A DNA stretch of 56,031 nucleotides from Candidatus Magasanikiibacteriota bacterium (lineage in GTDB: Bacteria; Patescibacteriota; Patescibacteriia; Magasanikbacterales; UBA922), in assembly GCA_018650085.1 (NCBI GenBank), contig JABIGQ010000039.1, positions 1-56,031 of the forward strand, read 5' to 3'. Under the pieces are notes generated by a model. The model was not told the DNA's origin, searched no databases, and was given only the letters and a program-made list of their open reading frames with translations. This document shows positions 19,796 to 29,289 of this stretch, piece after piece. Within the stretch, counting starts at the first letter, position 1. Each line of letters starts with the position of its first letter. Both the position numbers and the translations under genes were made by a program.

Positions 19796-21169
19796 ATGCA
19801 AGATACAATGCAAAAGCTAGTAGCGCTTTGTAAACGACGTGGATTTGTATTTCCATCTAGTGAAATATATGGTGGATTTGCCAATTCATATACCTATGGA
19901 CCATATGGATCACAGTTGAAGAAAAATATAAAAGATTTGTGGTGGAAAACATTTGTTCAAAACAGAGCAGATATGGTAGGAATTGACGGGCCTATTATTC
20001 TTCATCCCAAGCTTTGGGAAGCCTCTGGACATGTGGGTGGATTTAATGATGCCATGGTAGATTGTAAGCAATGTAAAAAGCGTTTTCGTGCAGATCATGT
20101 GATAGAAGAGGCGACAGGAAAAGATCTAGAAGGAGAAATAGAAAAAATGCAAGAAACATTAGTAACAGAAAAAATCAAATGTAAAGCTTGTGGTTCTTCC
20201 AATTGGTCTGAAGTGCGTTTATTTAACCAAATGTTTAAAACAGAGATGAATACAACGGGAGATGGGGGAGAAGACGTTGCGTATTTACGACCAGAAACAG
20301 CAGGAGCAATTTTTATTGAATTTAAAAATGTAATAGACTCTTCACGAGTAAAAGTTCCTTTTGGAATCGCTCAAATTGGTAAAGCATTTAGAAATGAGAT
20401 TGTTGCTGGAAATTTTATATTTCGACTTCGAGAATTTGAACAAATGGAGATTGAATATTTCATTGATCCAGAATTGGAATGGGAAGAAACTTTTGACAAT
20501 TGGCTAGACATGCAAGAAGAATTTGCTATAGCATTGGGAGCGAAAAAGGAAGATTTACGACGATACGAGCATGCACCAGAAAAATTATCTCATTATTCTA
20601 AAAAGACCATAGATATAGAGTATAAATTTCCATTTGGGGGATTTAAAGAATTATTTGGTCTGGCACACAGAAGTGATTTTGATTTAGGAGTTCATGCTAA
20701 AGCAAGCGGACAAAAATTAGAATATTTTGATGCAAAAAATAATCGTCGGTTTGTCCCACATGTAATAGAACCTACATTTGGGCTAGATAGAAGTATACTT
20801 GTCTCACTTCTTGCAGCATATACAGAAGAAGAAATAGAAGGTGGCTCAAGAATTGTTATGAAATTCCCAAAAAACATGGCGCCTGTACAAATAGCCGTTT
20901 TTCCACTTTTGAAAAATAAACCAGACTTAGTTGGAAAAGCAAAAGAAGTGTTTGATATGCTAAAAAATACATTTACTTGTGAATTTGATGACAATGGAAA
21001 TGTAGGGAAACGCTACAGAAGACAAGATGAAATAGGAACACCGTATTGTATTACTATCGATTTTGATACACTGGAAGATGAAACAGTCACTGTAAGAGAT
21101 AGAGATACTATGGAACAAGTAAGAGTAAAAGTGGGGGAATTAAAAAGTTATTTACAAAAGGAATTTTAA
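19796..21169 (+). CDS. glyQS: Glycine--tRNA ligase (alpha2 type)
   Basis: CKRRGFVFPSSEIYGG, YLRPETA, IGKAFRNEI, FRLREFEQME, YRRQDEIGTP. Confidence 0.97.
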   Translation: MQDTMQKLVALCKRRGFVFPSSEIYGGFANSYTYGPYGSQLKKNIKDLWWKTFVQNRADMVGIDGPIILHPKLWEASGHVGGFNDAMVDCKQCKKRFRADHVIEEATGKDLEGEIEKMQETLVTEKIKCKACGSSNWSEVRLFNQMFKTEMNTTGDGGEDVAYLRPETAGAIFIEFKNVIDSSRVKVPFGIAQIGKAFRNEIVAGNFIFRLREFEQMEIEYFIDPELEWEETFDNWLDMQEEFAIALGAKKEDLRRYEHAPEKLSHYSKKTIDIEYKFPFGGFKELFGLAHRSDFDLGVHAKASGQKLEYFDAKNNRRFVPHVIEPTFGLDRSILVSLLAAYTEEEIEGGSRIVMKFPKNMAPVQIAVFPLLKNKPDLVGKAKEVFDMLKNTFTCEFDDNGNVGKRYRRQDEIGTPYCITIDFDTLEDETVTVRDRDTMEQVRVKVGELKSYLQKEF

Positions 21170-21175
21170 TATAAT

Positions 21176-22435
21176 ATGTACGAAAAATATAAACTAAAAA
21201 ATAATTTAACCGTTATTTTAGCACCACAACAAGATACAAAGGCCATGACTGCTATGGTTATGTTTCCTGTGGGATCACGTTATGAACCAGAATATTTGGC
21301 TGGGTCTTCTCACTATATTGAACACATGATGTTTAAGGGAACGAAAAAAAGAAAAAATACACTCGCATTAACTCGTGAAATAGATAGATTAGGAGCACGA
21401 TATAACGCATTTACTGGAAAAGAATATACAGGATATTATATAAAAGCATCTGCAAGCTATGCAAAGACAAGTTTAGATATTTTATCAGATATGATCTTTA
21501 ACTCTACATTTGATAAAAAAGAAATGGAACGAGAAAAAGGACCTATCATTGAAGAAATCCGCATGTACAATGATAACCCAATGATGAATATTGATAATAT
21601 CTTTGAAGATGTATTATATGCAGGATGCCCACTAGGAAGAGATATAGCAGGTACAGTGGAGCATGTGAAAGGGTATAAACGAGATGATGTGCTCGCATAT
21701 AAAGAAAAACATTATCAACCAAGTAATACTATACTTGTACTATCAGGAAAGATTGATGAAAAAACAAAAGTATTAGTTGAACAATATTTTGGACAAGAAA
21801 AAGATTCTAAAAAACCAGTAAAAACATTTAAACCAGCAGCCTTTGGGCCTGCAACAAAAAAAGATCGTTTTTTCGTAGAAAAAAAACAAACAGATCAAGC
21901 GCAACTTATGTTAGGATTTCCTGCATTTGAATATGGGGCAAAAGAAAACCCAGCAGTATCTCTTATGAATTCTATTTTTGGTGGTTCTATGAGTTCACGA
22001 TTATTTATCCAAATTCGTGAGAGGAGAGGACTGGCATATATGATTCGTAGTGGACGTGATACATTTCATGATTCTGGATATGTATATGTTCGTGCCGGAT
22101 TAGAAGCAAAAAATATTAAAAAAGCAATGGAAGTGATCCAAAGTGAAATAGATAAATTGATAGAAAAAGGAGTATCAAAAAGAGAATTACTTGATGCAAA
22201 AACTCATGTACGAGGTTCATTAACCCTGGCACAGGAAGATTCTAGTTTTTGGGCAAATTGGTATGCAAAAGAAGCTTTATTTGCAAAGAAAATTCAAACA
22301 CCAGAAGAATATATCCAAAAATTAGAAGCCGTCACACAAGAAGATATTGTAAAAGTTGCAAAACAAATATTTAAACCAAAACAGATGCGAGTAGCGATTA
22401 TTGGAGATGTAGACAAAAAAGATATTATCATTTAA
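21176..22435 (+). CDS. M16 family zinc peptidase (pitrilysin-like)
   Basis: VGSRYE, HYIEHMMFKGT (HxxEH), NAFT.KEYT, GGSMSSRLF..IRE.RGLAY. Confidence 0.93.
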   Translation: MYEKYKLKNNLTVILAPQQDTKAMTAMVMFPVGSRYEPEYLAGSSHYIEHMMFKGTKKRKNTLALTREIDRLGARYNAFTGKEYTGYYIKASASYAKTSLDILSDMIFNSTFDKKEMEREKGPIIEEIRMYNDNPMMNIDNIFEDVLYAGCPLGRDIAGTVEHVKGYKRDDVLAYKEKHYQPSNTILVLSGKIDEKTKVLVEQYFGQEKDSKKPVKTFKPAAFGPATKKDRFFVEKKQTDQAQLMLGFPAFEYGAKENPAVSLMNSIFGGSMSSRLFIQIRERRGLAYMIRSGRDTFHDSGYVYVRAGLEAKNIKKAMEVIQSEIDKLIEKGVSKRELLDAKTHVRGSLTLAQEDSSFWANWYAKEALFAKKIQTPEEYIQKLEAVTQEDIVKVAKQIFKPKQMRVAIIGDVDKKDIII

Positions 22436-22473
22436 GTACATGTTATTATTCATTAGATTTTTCACCTATTTCT

Positions 22474-23211
22474 ATGACACATATATTTGCAAATTGGAAA
22501 ATGTATCTTACTCATAAAGAAACTATTATTTTAGCAAAAGAGTTAAAAGAAAATCTGCCAGATTCTTCTACTTCTCTTGCGGTATTTCCTAGTATGTTAA
22601 GTGCAGTAGGTGTATTGGATGAATTAAAAGATACAGAAATATCTGTAGGGGCTCAAAATGTGGCATGGACACCGTCTGGAGCATATACAGGAGCTGTATC
22701 AGCAGTATTATGTAAAGAAGTAGGAACGAACTATGCACTTGTGGGGCATTCAGAAAGACGACATGTTTTTGGGGAAAGTAATGAAGTAGTGAGAAAAAAA
22801 TTAGAAGCATGTTTAGATGCAGGTATTATTCCTGTGCTTTGTATAGGAGAAACAAAAGAAGATTTAGATGCAGGGAAAAAAGAATATAGAATAAAAAAAC
22901 AGCTCATGAAAGCATTGGATGGCCTAAAGATACCAGAGAGTGGCTTTTTTATTGCATATGAGCCTGTGTGGGCTATTGGAACAGGGGAGCACTGTATGCC
23001 AGAAGATGTTCATGAAATACATACTTTCATAAAAGAGGAATTGAAACAATACACAGATAAACAGATACCATTACTGTATGGTGGTAGTGTTACAGATGAA
23101 AATGTGGTATCATATACTATGTTAGGATCTGTTGATGGAGTATTAGTTGGGGGGGCATCAACGACCTATGATTCATTTATATCTCTTATTCGTGCAGTAG
23201 ACGAGTCATAA
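22474..23211 (+). CDS. tpiA: Triosephosphate isomerase
   Basis: NWKM, GAYTG, GHSERR, AYEPVWAIGTG, LYGGSV, GVLVGGAS. Confidence 0.97.
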   Translation: MTHIFANWKMYLTHKETIILAKELKENLPDSSTSLAVFPSMLSAVGVLDELKDTEISVGAQNVAWTPSGAYTGAVSAVLCKEVGTNYALVGHSERRHVFGESNEVVRKKLEACLDAGIIPVLCIGETKEDLDAGKKEYRIKKQLMKALDGLKIPESGFFIAYEPVWAIGTGEHCMPEDVHEIHTFIKEELKQYTDKQIPLLYGGSVTDENVVSYTMLGSVDGVLVGGASTTYDSFISLIRAVDES

Positions 23212-23216
23212 TATCT

Positions 23217-24146
23217 ATGTATACTATTCTTCCATTCATTATTATCGTTTTGGCGCTTGCAATTGTTTTAGTTATTATTATTAGAAAATTTCCACAATTA
23301 ACGTTACTCGATGTGGAGAATTTACCAGATGTAAAAGAAAAACAAAAAAAGCATGTTTATATAAAAAAACGTGCTGCAAAAAAAGCAGAAGAAATAAAAA
23401 AGAAACATGCTGTCGGTGCATCAGCAATGATGAATAAATTTAAAAAAGTACAAAAAAACTTCCGTGGATATGTCTGGAAAGTAGAAGAAAAAATTCATGA
23501 ACAAAAACAAGAAAAATTTGTAGAAGAAAAACGAGAAAAAATACAAGCACCTATTTTGGATAAAGAAGAAAAAAAAGGACAAGAAGACACTATTACAAAA
23601 CTTCTTCGAGATGCAGATCATGCAATGACACAAGAAAAATGGAATGTTGCAGAAGAAGCATATATTTCTGCTATTCGAGTAGATAATAAAAATGTACGTG
23701 CATACAAAGGACTTGCAGAAGTGTATATTGCCCAAGGACAACTCCAAGAAGCAAAAGAAACAGCATCCTTTTTATTGCAGCTCGATGGTGATGATGATAG
23801 TGTACATATACTTATTGCAGATATATTAGTAGAGCAAGGAGATAGGGTAGGGGCTATTGAGCATTATCAAAAAGCAGTACTTATTGCCCCAAATAAGGCA
23901 CAATGGTTTGTGCGTCTTTCAGAGTTACTCGCAGAGGAGAAACAGTATGATGCAGCATTGGAATCTATGGAGCAAGCAGTAGACTTAGAACCAGAGAATC
24001 CACGTTTCCTTGACAATTCTGTAGAACTTGCTATAATAGTACCTATAAAAAAGAAGGCTGTGGATTACTTTGAACGATTGAGAAAAGCAAATCCAGAAAA
24101 TAAAAAGTTAGATACATTACAACAAAAGATAGATGAAATTTCATAG
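23217..24146 (+). CDS. Membrane-anchored TPR protein
   Basis: N-terminal TM, Lys/Glu coiled coil, several TPR repeats. Confidence 0.85.
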   Translation: MYTILPFIIIVLALAIVLVIIIRKFPQLTLLDVENLPDVKEKQKKHVYIKKRAAKKAEEIKKKHAVGASAMMNKFKKVQKNFRGYVWKVEEKIHEQKQEKFVEEKREKIQAPILDKEEKKGQEDTITKLLRDADHAMTQEKWNVAEEAYISAIRVDNKNVRAYKGLAEVYIAQGQLQEAKETASFLLQLDGDDDSVHILIADILVEQGDRVGAIEHYQKAVLIAPNKAQWFVRLSELLAEEKQYDAALESMEQAVDLEPENPRFLDNSVELAIIVPIKKKAVDYFERLRKANPENKKLDTLQQKIDEIS

Positions 24147-24173
24147 CTTACATGACGTAATGCAGTGAAATAT

Positions 24174-24249
24174 GCCAACTTAGCTCAGCTGGTAGAGCTA
24201 CGGTTTTGTAAACCGTCGGTCCGGGGTTCGAGTCCCCGAGTTGGCTCCA
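24174..24249 (+). tRNA. tRNA-Thr(TGT)
   Basis: GCCAACT/AGTTGGC acceptor stem, ACGGT-tt-TGT-aa-ACCGT anticodon arm, GGTTCGAGT T-loop, encoded CCA. Confidence 0.97.
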
Positions 24250-24291
24250 AAGAAATAATAGTTGACCTCTGTGTCAACTGTTCATCTTTAT

Positions 24292-24373
24292 GGGCAGGTT
24301 CCCGAGCGGTCAAAGGGGACAGACTGTAAATCTGTTGGCTCCGCCTTCGAAGGTTCGAATCCTTCTCTGCCCA
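24292..24373 (+). tRNA. tRNA-Tyr(GTA), CCA not encoded
   Basis: GGGCAGG/TCTGCCC acceptor stem, ACAGA-ct-GTA-aa-TCTGT anticodon arm, long variable arm, GGTTCGAAT. Confidence 0.96.
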
Positions 24374-24401
24374 CACATATACATCATCAACAATTAGACG
24401 A

Positions 24402-24469
24402 ATTAAGATCCAGAACAAGGGTGAATTATTTTTAAAATAAAACATTTTCTTCGTTCTGGATTTTTTAAT
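24402..24469 (+). terminator. Long irregular hairpin (terminator or attenuator) between the tRNAs and the helD-like gene
   Basis: AAGATCCAGAAC...GTTCTGGATTTT outer stem with inner TTATTT/AAATAA, ending in a T run. Confidence 0.55.
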
Positions 24470-24485
24470 CCTAATCCTTTGTCCT

Positions 24486-26315
24486 ATGGATCAAGTACAC
24501 AAAGATACATTTTTTAAAAGAGCTTGTGCATCTCTGGAAAAAAATATACAAGATATAAAAGACGTAAGCAAAAAAATAATTCAAAGAAATAATATAATAC
24601 GAAAAGAGCTACACCAAATAAATGAAGATGACAAACTTGTACAACAGCGTATATTAGAATATGGAGTAGAGCGGGTAGATGAATTAGAAGTACTGGAATT
24701 CTCACCATATTTTGTTCGTTGTGTTGTTGATTTTAAAGATGATGAAAAAGAAATTATATACTTTGGAAAGTTTTCCTTTATTGAAAATAATATTTATTCA
24801 TGGATAACTCCTGCATCTTCTATCCGATTTGAAAAACCAGGTGAGATTTCATATATTCGACCAGATGGAAGAGAAAGAACAGGTATACTAGTAGAAAAAG
24901 ATCAATACATGATTGTTGATGGGAAAATAGTGTATCTTTCTACTGAATCATTGGGTAATCCACGAGAATTAATTTATCAGGAATATTTTTCTAAACAAAA
25001 AAAAGGATTTATTCTTCCAGAAATTATTGCACAGATGGAGAAAGCGCAAGATACTGTTATCCGTGCGCATCATAAAGACGCTATGCTTATCTCTGGACCT
25101 GCTGGATCTGGGAAAACGACTCTTGCTTTACATCGTGTAGCATATTTAGCGCAGTCTCCTGATGTTTCAGATGAGTTCAAGCCTACATCTATTATTATAT
25201 TTGTAGAAGATACGGGAACCATGGATTATTTTTCTCATTTATTACCTGAACTTGGGATAAAAGGAGTACATATTACCACATTTGCACTGTGGGCTATGAA
25301 AGCTTTGGATCTTGCCGATATAACATATGTATATAGATTTGGTGAAAATGAGCAAGAAAAAGATCTTTATGAATTCAAGAAGAAAAAAGCATTGGAAACA
25401 GTATTGCAATATACATATAGTGTGAATATATTTCGTGTATTAAAAGAGGTGTATGCATCTTATTTTTCACAAGAAGAAAAGAGACTTTTTGAAAAACAAA
25501 AAAAGCAAAAAGTATTAGATAGATTTGATCTTACCGTGTTGTTAATGTTATTTAAAAAGAAGTATGGGAAGTTATCCTTTATGCAAGGATATTATCAAAT
25601 GAATAAAAGCAGGGCTGCGAAAAAGAAGACAGGACGTTTCCCTATAGAGTATTCTCTTATGATATTTGATGAATTTCAAAATTATATCCCAGAACAAATT
25701 TTATTGGCTAAAAGTACTGTGAATAAAAAGCATAATGCAATCATGTATGTAGGGGATTTGGCACAACAAACAAAATTGGGGACTCTTCAATCGTGGACAG
25801 AAGTGGATGAAATATTAAAAGAGGATAGATGCGTGATATTACAAAAAGTATATAGAAATACAAAAAATATTTTAGAATATATACAAGCAGTAGGGTATGA
25901 AATTGATATATCAGAAAAGTTAAGAGAAGGGGAGGCAGTTATAGAAAAAATGACAAATACAAAACAAGAAGAGATCACATACATTACTTCACTACATGAA
26001 AATTTTCCAGAAAAAAGTATTGGTGTAATTACAAAAGATAAAGAGTATTTAGATGTGTTTAAGGAGTGGCAATCTATTGATAAAGTTCATCTTATGAGTA
26101 TACATGAAGCGCAGGGGGTTGAATTTGATATTGTGTGTATAGTGGGCGTGCAGGCGGATACATTTTCTGTACATTATGATAATGTGGACGATACATTGAT
26201 TAAGGCAAAAAATCATGTAAATAGAGACTTGCTCTATGTAGCATTAACACGTGCAATTGATTCATTGCATGTGTTGGGAAGAGTTTCTTTGAAGGGGATG
26301 ATGGAGAGGGAGTAA
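24486..26315 (+). CDS. HelD-like (UvrD/SF1) RNA-polymerase-associated helicase-like ATPase
   Basis: SPYFVR...IYFGK...SWITPA N-terminal pattern; GPAGSGKTTLALHRVAYL; DEFQ; GDLAQ; YRNT; GVEFD; LYVALTRA. Confidence 0.82.
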   Translation: MDQVHKDTFFKRACASLEKNIQDIKDVSKKIIQRNNIIRKELHQINEDDKLVQQRILEYGVERVDELEVLEFSPYFVRCVVDFKDDEKEIIYFGKFSFIENNIYSWITPASSIRFEKPGEISYIRPDGRERTGILVEKDQYMIVDGKIVYLSTESLGNPRELIYQEYFSKQKKGFILPEIIAQMEKAQDTVIRAHHKDAMLISGPAGSGKTTLALHRVAYLAQSPDVSDEFKPTSIIIFVEDTGTMDYFSHLLPELGIKGVHITTFALWAMKALDLADITYVYRFGENEQEKDLYEFKKKKALETVLQYTYSVNIFRVLKEVYASYFSQEEKRLFEKQKKQKVLDRFDLTVLLMLFKKKYGKLSFMQGYYQMNKSRAAKKKTGRFPIEYSLMIFDEFQNYIPEQILLAKSTVNKKHNAIMYVGDLAQQTKLGTLQSWTEVDEILKEDRCVILQKVYRNTKNILEYIQAVGYEIDISEKLREGEAVIEKMTNTKQEEITYITSLHENFPEKSIGVITKDKEYLDVFKEWQSIDKVHLMSIHEAQGVEFDIVCIVGVQADTFSVHYDNVDDTLIKAKNHVNRDLLYVALTRAIDSLHVLGRVSLKGMMERE

Positions 26316-26365
26316 TTAGCTAAAGTATGGACAAAACTGCAAATCTGCGGTAGGGTATATTTAAT

Positions 26366-27367
26366 ATGCAGTTACTTTATAAAAAAGAAATAGAAAAAGA
26401 ACTACAGAGTTTTTTTGAAAAGAAGAAGAATGATAAAGATATTCTTTCTCTAGAAATAACTGAAGCTGTGGAACTGTTGGAGGATTTTTCTATACGTGGA
26501 GGGAAAAGAATAAGAGCTATGTTAATGATCATTGCTTATTTAGGGTATGGTGGAAAAAATAAAACTGAAATAATAAAAGCATCAATTTCTATTGAACTTT
26601 TACAATCATTTTTATTGATACACGATGATATTATAGATAATGATGATATGAGAAGAGGGGGGCCTACGGTTCATGCGTATTATAAGAAAAAACATCCAAA
26701 AAAGTATTCAGAAAGCCTTGCATTGGTTATTGGAGATTTTGCTTTTACTTATTCTCTTGAACCTCTATTACATTCAGATTTCCCAAATAAAATACAATTG
26801 CGAGCAATAAAAGAATTTACATCGGTTACAAAAGTAACCTGTTATGGACAAATTCTTGATTTGTTTTCTTCTATTCATGAAATTGATGAAGATTTTACTA
26901 CGCAAATACATATCAATAAAACAGCAGTTTATACAATCCTAGGCCCTTTACGTCTAGGGGCTATTTTTGCGGGTGTTTCTGAAGAAAAGATGAAACCTCT
27001 CAATGCTTTTGCTTTAAATTTAGGAAGAGCTTTTCAAATAAAAGATGATATCTTAGGTATATTTGGAGATGAAAAAAAACTTGGGAAATCTATGGCTTCA
27101 GATTTGATAGAAGGGAAAAAGACCTTGTTAGTTTTAAAAGCAAATAGTTCTTATATAAATAAAAAAATAGGTAATAATCTTACAAAAAAGGAAATAGAAA
27201 AAATTAAGGAAATAATGATAAAAAGTGGTTCTTTAGAATATTCGGAGAATCTATTGAATGATTTATTGGACAAGGCAAAAATAAATTTGAAAAACTTAGA
27301 TATACGTGAAGAGGAGAAAGAATTTTTATATAATTTACTTGAGTATATTGGGGATAGGAAAGTTTAA
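26366..27367 (+). CDS. Polyprenyl (geranylgeranyl) diphosphate synthase
   Basis: GGKRIR, LIHDDIIDNDDMRRG, GQILD, KTA.Y, FQIKDDILG, SDLIEGKKT. Confidence 0.93.
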   Translation: MQLLYKKEIEKELQSFFEKKKNDKDILSLEITEAVELLEDFSIRGGKRIRAMLMIIAYLGYGGKNKTEIIKASISIELLQSFLLIHDDIIDNDDMRRGGPTVHAYYKKKHPKKYSESLALVIGDFAFTYSLEPLLHSDFPNKIQLRAIKEFTSVTKVTCYGQILDLFSSIHEIDEDFTTQIHINKTAVYTILGPLRLGAIFAGVSEEKMKPLNAFALNLGRAFQIKDDILGIFGDEKKLGKSMASDLIEGKKTLLVLKANSSYINKKIGNNLTKKEIEKIKEIMIKSGSLEYSENLLNDLLDKAKINLKNLDIREEEKEFLYNLLEYIGDRKV

Positions 27368-27368
27368 T
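27327..27368 (+). repeat. 42-bp direct repeat, copy 1 (3' end of the polyprenyl synthase gene)
   Basis: tatataatttacttgagtatattggggataggaaagtttaat; 39/42 identical to 28079-28120. Confidence 0.9.
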
Positions 27369-27392
27369 CCTTGTAGCTATTTTATTGTTAAA

Positions 27393-28022
27393 TTAATATA
27401 ATCCATAATTATACTCCTTTTCCCAAATAATATTATTCTCTGTAAAATATTTTTTAAGTATTTTTTTTTGTTGAGTGTGCCAAGGCATAAGAGCTGGAAA
27501 TTTTTGTATAGCTTTATCTGCATAAGTTGGTAATACTTTTGGATCTTTCAATTTTTCTAGGCCACAGGTAAATATATTGGAAATAGTTTCTAATCTATCT
27601 AATGCTTTTATATAATTTGATTCTACAGTTTCTTGAAGTTCAAATTCATCAAAAAGGTTTATTATTTTTTTCTTTATTTGTTCAGGGAGTTTGGCCGTTA
27701 ATTGTATAATAGCTTCTTTTTCATTTTCTTTTTTAGTTTTTACTGTTATTGTATTATTGTGCACAAGGTAATAATCGATATCCCCTGTAATTACTTCTAC
27801 TAAATCATGTATAAGAGCAAGCTCAAGGGCACGCTCTTTATTTATTTGTATTGGTAATGTATCAGTAATAGTTATAACTATCATAGCGAGATTCCAACTA
27901 TGTGCTGCCGATGATTCATTGGATAATTCTGGTGATTCGCTAAAACGGTAGGTGAATTTAAGATTATTTATACAAGCATGAAAATCAATAAGGGATTGTA
28001 ATTCTGGTAACATAAGAAACAA
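27393..28022 (-). CDS. HD-domain phosphohydrolase (YfbR/HD_3 5'-deoxynucleotidase-like)
   Basis: LKFTYR, ESSAAHSW, ALIHDLVE..TGDI, KALDRLE. Confidence 0.88.
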   Translation of the reverse strand: MFLMLPELQSLIDFHACINNLKFTYRFSESPELSNESSAAHSWNLAMIVITITDTLPIQINKERALELALIHDLVEVITGDIDYYLVHNNTITVKTKKENEKEAIIQLTAKLPEQIKKKIINLFDEFELQETVESNYIKALDRLETISNIFTCGLEKLKDPKVLPTYADKAIQKFPALMPWHTQQKKILKKYFTENNIIWEKEYNYGLY

Positions 28023-28078
28023 ATTAATAATTATCTATAAATTGAGTCTATCATAGAAATTATAAAAAAAGAAATATG

Positions 28079-28120
28079 TATATAATTTACTTAAGTATAT
28101 TGGAAATAGGAAAGTTTAAT
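28079..28120 (+). repeat. 42-bp direct repeat, copy 2 (orphan gene tail YNLLKYIGNRKV*)
   Basis: tatataatttacttaagtatattggaaataggaaagtttaat. Confidence 0.9.
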
Positions 28121-28218
28121 TAAACATCCTGTCTTATACCATAAACTAGGCATAATATATGTCTTTTTTTTATAATATGTTATACTACCTGTAGTTAATA
28201 ATCAGGTAATAGCATACT

Positions 28219-29289
28219 ATGGAAGAAATCATTTCGGTACTCAGTTCATATACATACCTAAATAACACTTTATGGCAGTATACCCTTGCTATAGGATATT
28301 TTTTTGGGGTATTGATTGCTCTAAAAATATTTAAAAGTTTCATCCTTGTAAAATTAAATAAAATAGCAGAAAAAACAGAAAATACTATAGATGACGCTGT
28401 AATAAATACACTCCAAAAAATAAGAGCGCCATTTTATTTTTTCATTTCATTTTTCATTGCCATTAGACATGTAAATATAAATGAAGTTGCCCTAAAAGCT
28501 ATTAGTGTATTTCTTATATTTGGGATTGCATATGAAATGATAAAAAGTCTAGGAGATCTTATAGACTATATTATTGATTTATATATAGAAAAAACAGTAA
28601 AGAAAGAAAAAGAAAAAAAACAAATGCGCTCCATGATGCGAATACTTCGTATATTTATTATGATTGTCCTCTGGTCAATTACATTATTATTTATTCTTTC
28701 CAACCTGGGGATCAATGTTACATCTGTGGTTGCCAGCTTAGGAATAGGTGGGTTAGCCATAGCTCTGGCAGTACAAAGTGTGTTAAGTGATATATTTAGT
28801 GCATTTAGCATTTACCTAGATAAACCATTTGAAGTAGGGGATTTTATTATCATAGGGTCAGATTCTGGTAGTGTAGAACATATAGGATTAAAAACAACGC
28901 GACTTAGGACTATACGTGGGGAAGTATTAATTATTTCAAACAAAGAACTTACTTCTACCCGGGTAAAAAATTTACGCCAATTAAAAAAGCGTAGGGATAG
29001 TTTTATGGTAAATGTGCAATATGAGACTCCTATTGTAAAACGAGAAAAAATTCCTCAAATTATAGAAAAAATCATAGAAAACATAGAAGGAGCTGAGTAT
29101 TTACGATGTAATTTATTTGAATTTGGAGAATCTAGTATTAATTATGAGCTTGCATATACCATAGATTCTGCTGATTACAATGTGTTTATGGCTGTACGGG
29201 AACAGATTAATTTAGCTATTATGAAAGCATTTGAAAAAGAAGATATTCAATTTGCTTATCCAACACAAGTAGTCTATGTTAAAAAATAA
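28219..29289 (+). CDS. Small-conductance mechanosensitive channel (MscS family)
   Basis: SLGIGGLAIALAVQ..LSDIF, DKPFEVGDFI, G.VE.IGLKTTRLR, IQFAYPT. Confidence 0.93.
   Translation: MEEIISVLSSYTYLNNTLWQYTLAIGYFFGVLIALKIFKSFILVKLNKIAEKTENTIDDAVINTLQKIRAPFYFFISFFIAIRHVNINEVALKAISVFLIFGIAYEMIKSLGDLIDYIIDLYIEKTVKKEKEKKQMRSMMRILRIFIMIVLWSITLLFILSNLGINVTSVVASLGIGGLAIALAVQSVLSDIFSAFSIYLDKPFEVGDFIIIGSDSGSVEHIGLKTTRLRTIRGEVLIISNKELTSTRVKNLRQLKKRRDSFMVNVQYETPIVKREKIPQIIEKIIENIEGAEYLRCNLFEFGESSINYELAYTIDSADYNVFMAVREQINLAIMKAFEKEDIQFAYPTQVVYVKK

Noticed and set aside
24260..24279. AGTTGAC/GTCAACT hairpin between the tRNAs
   Set aside because: Ordinary tRNA-spacer stem; no evidence of an independent element
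24185..24445. 86-aa minus-strand ORF
   Set aside because: Antisense to tRNA-Thr and tRNA-Tyr; typical tRNA shadow translation
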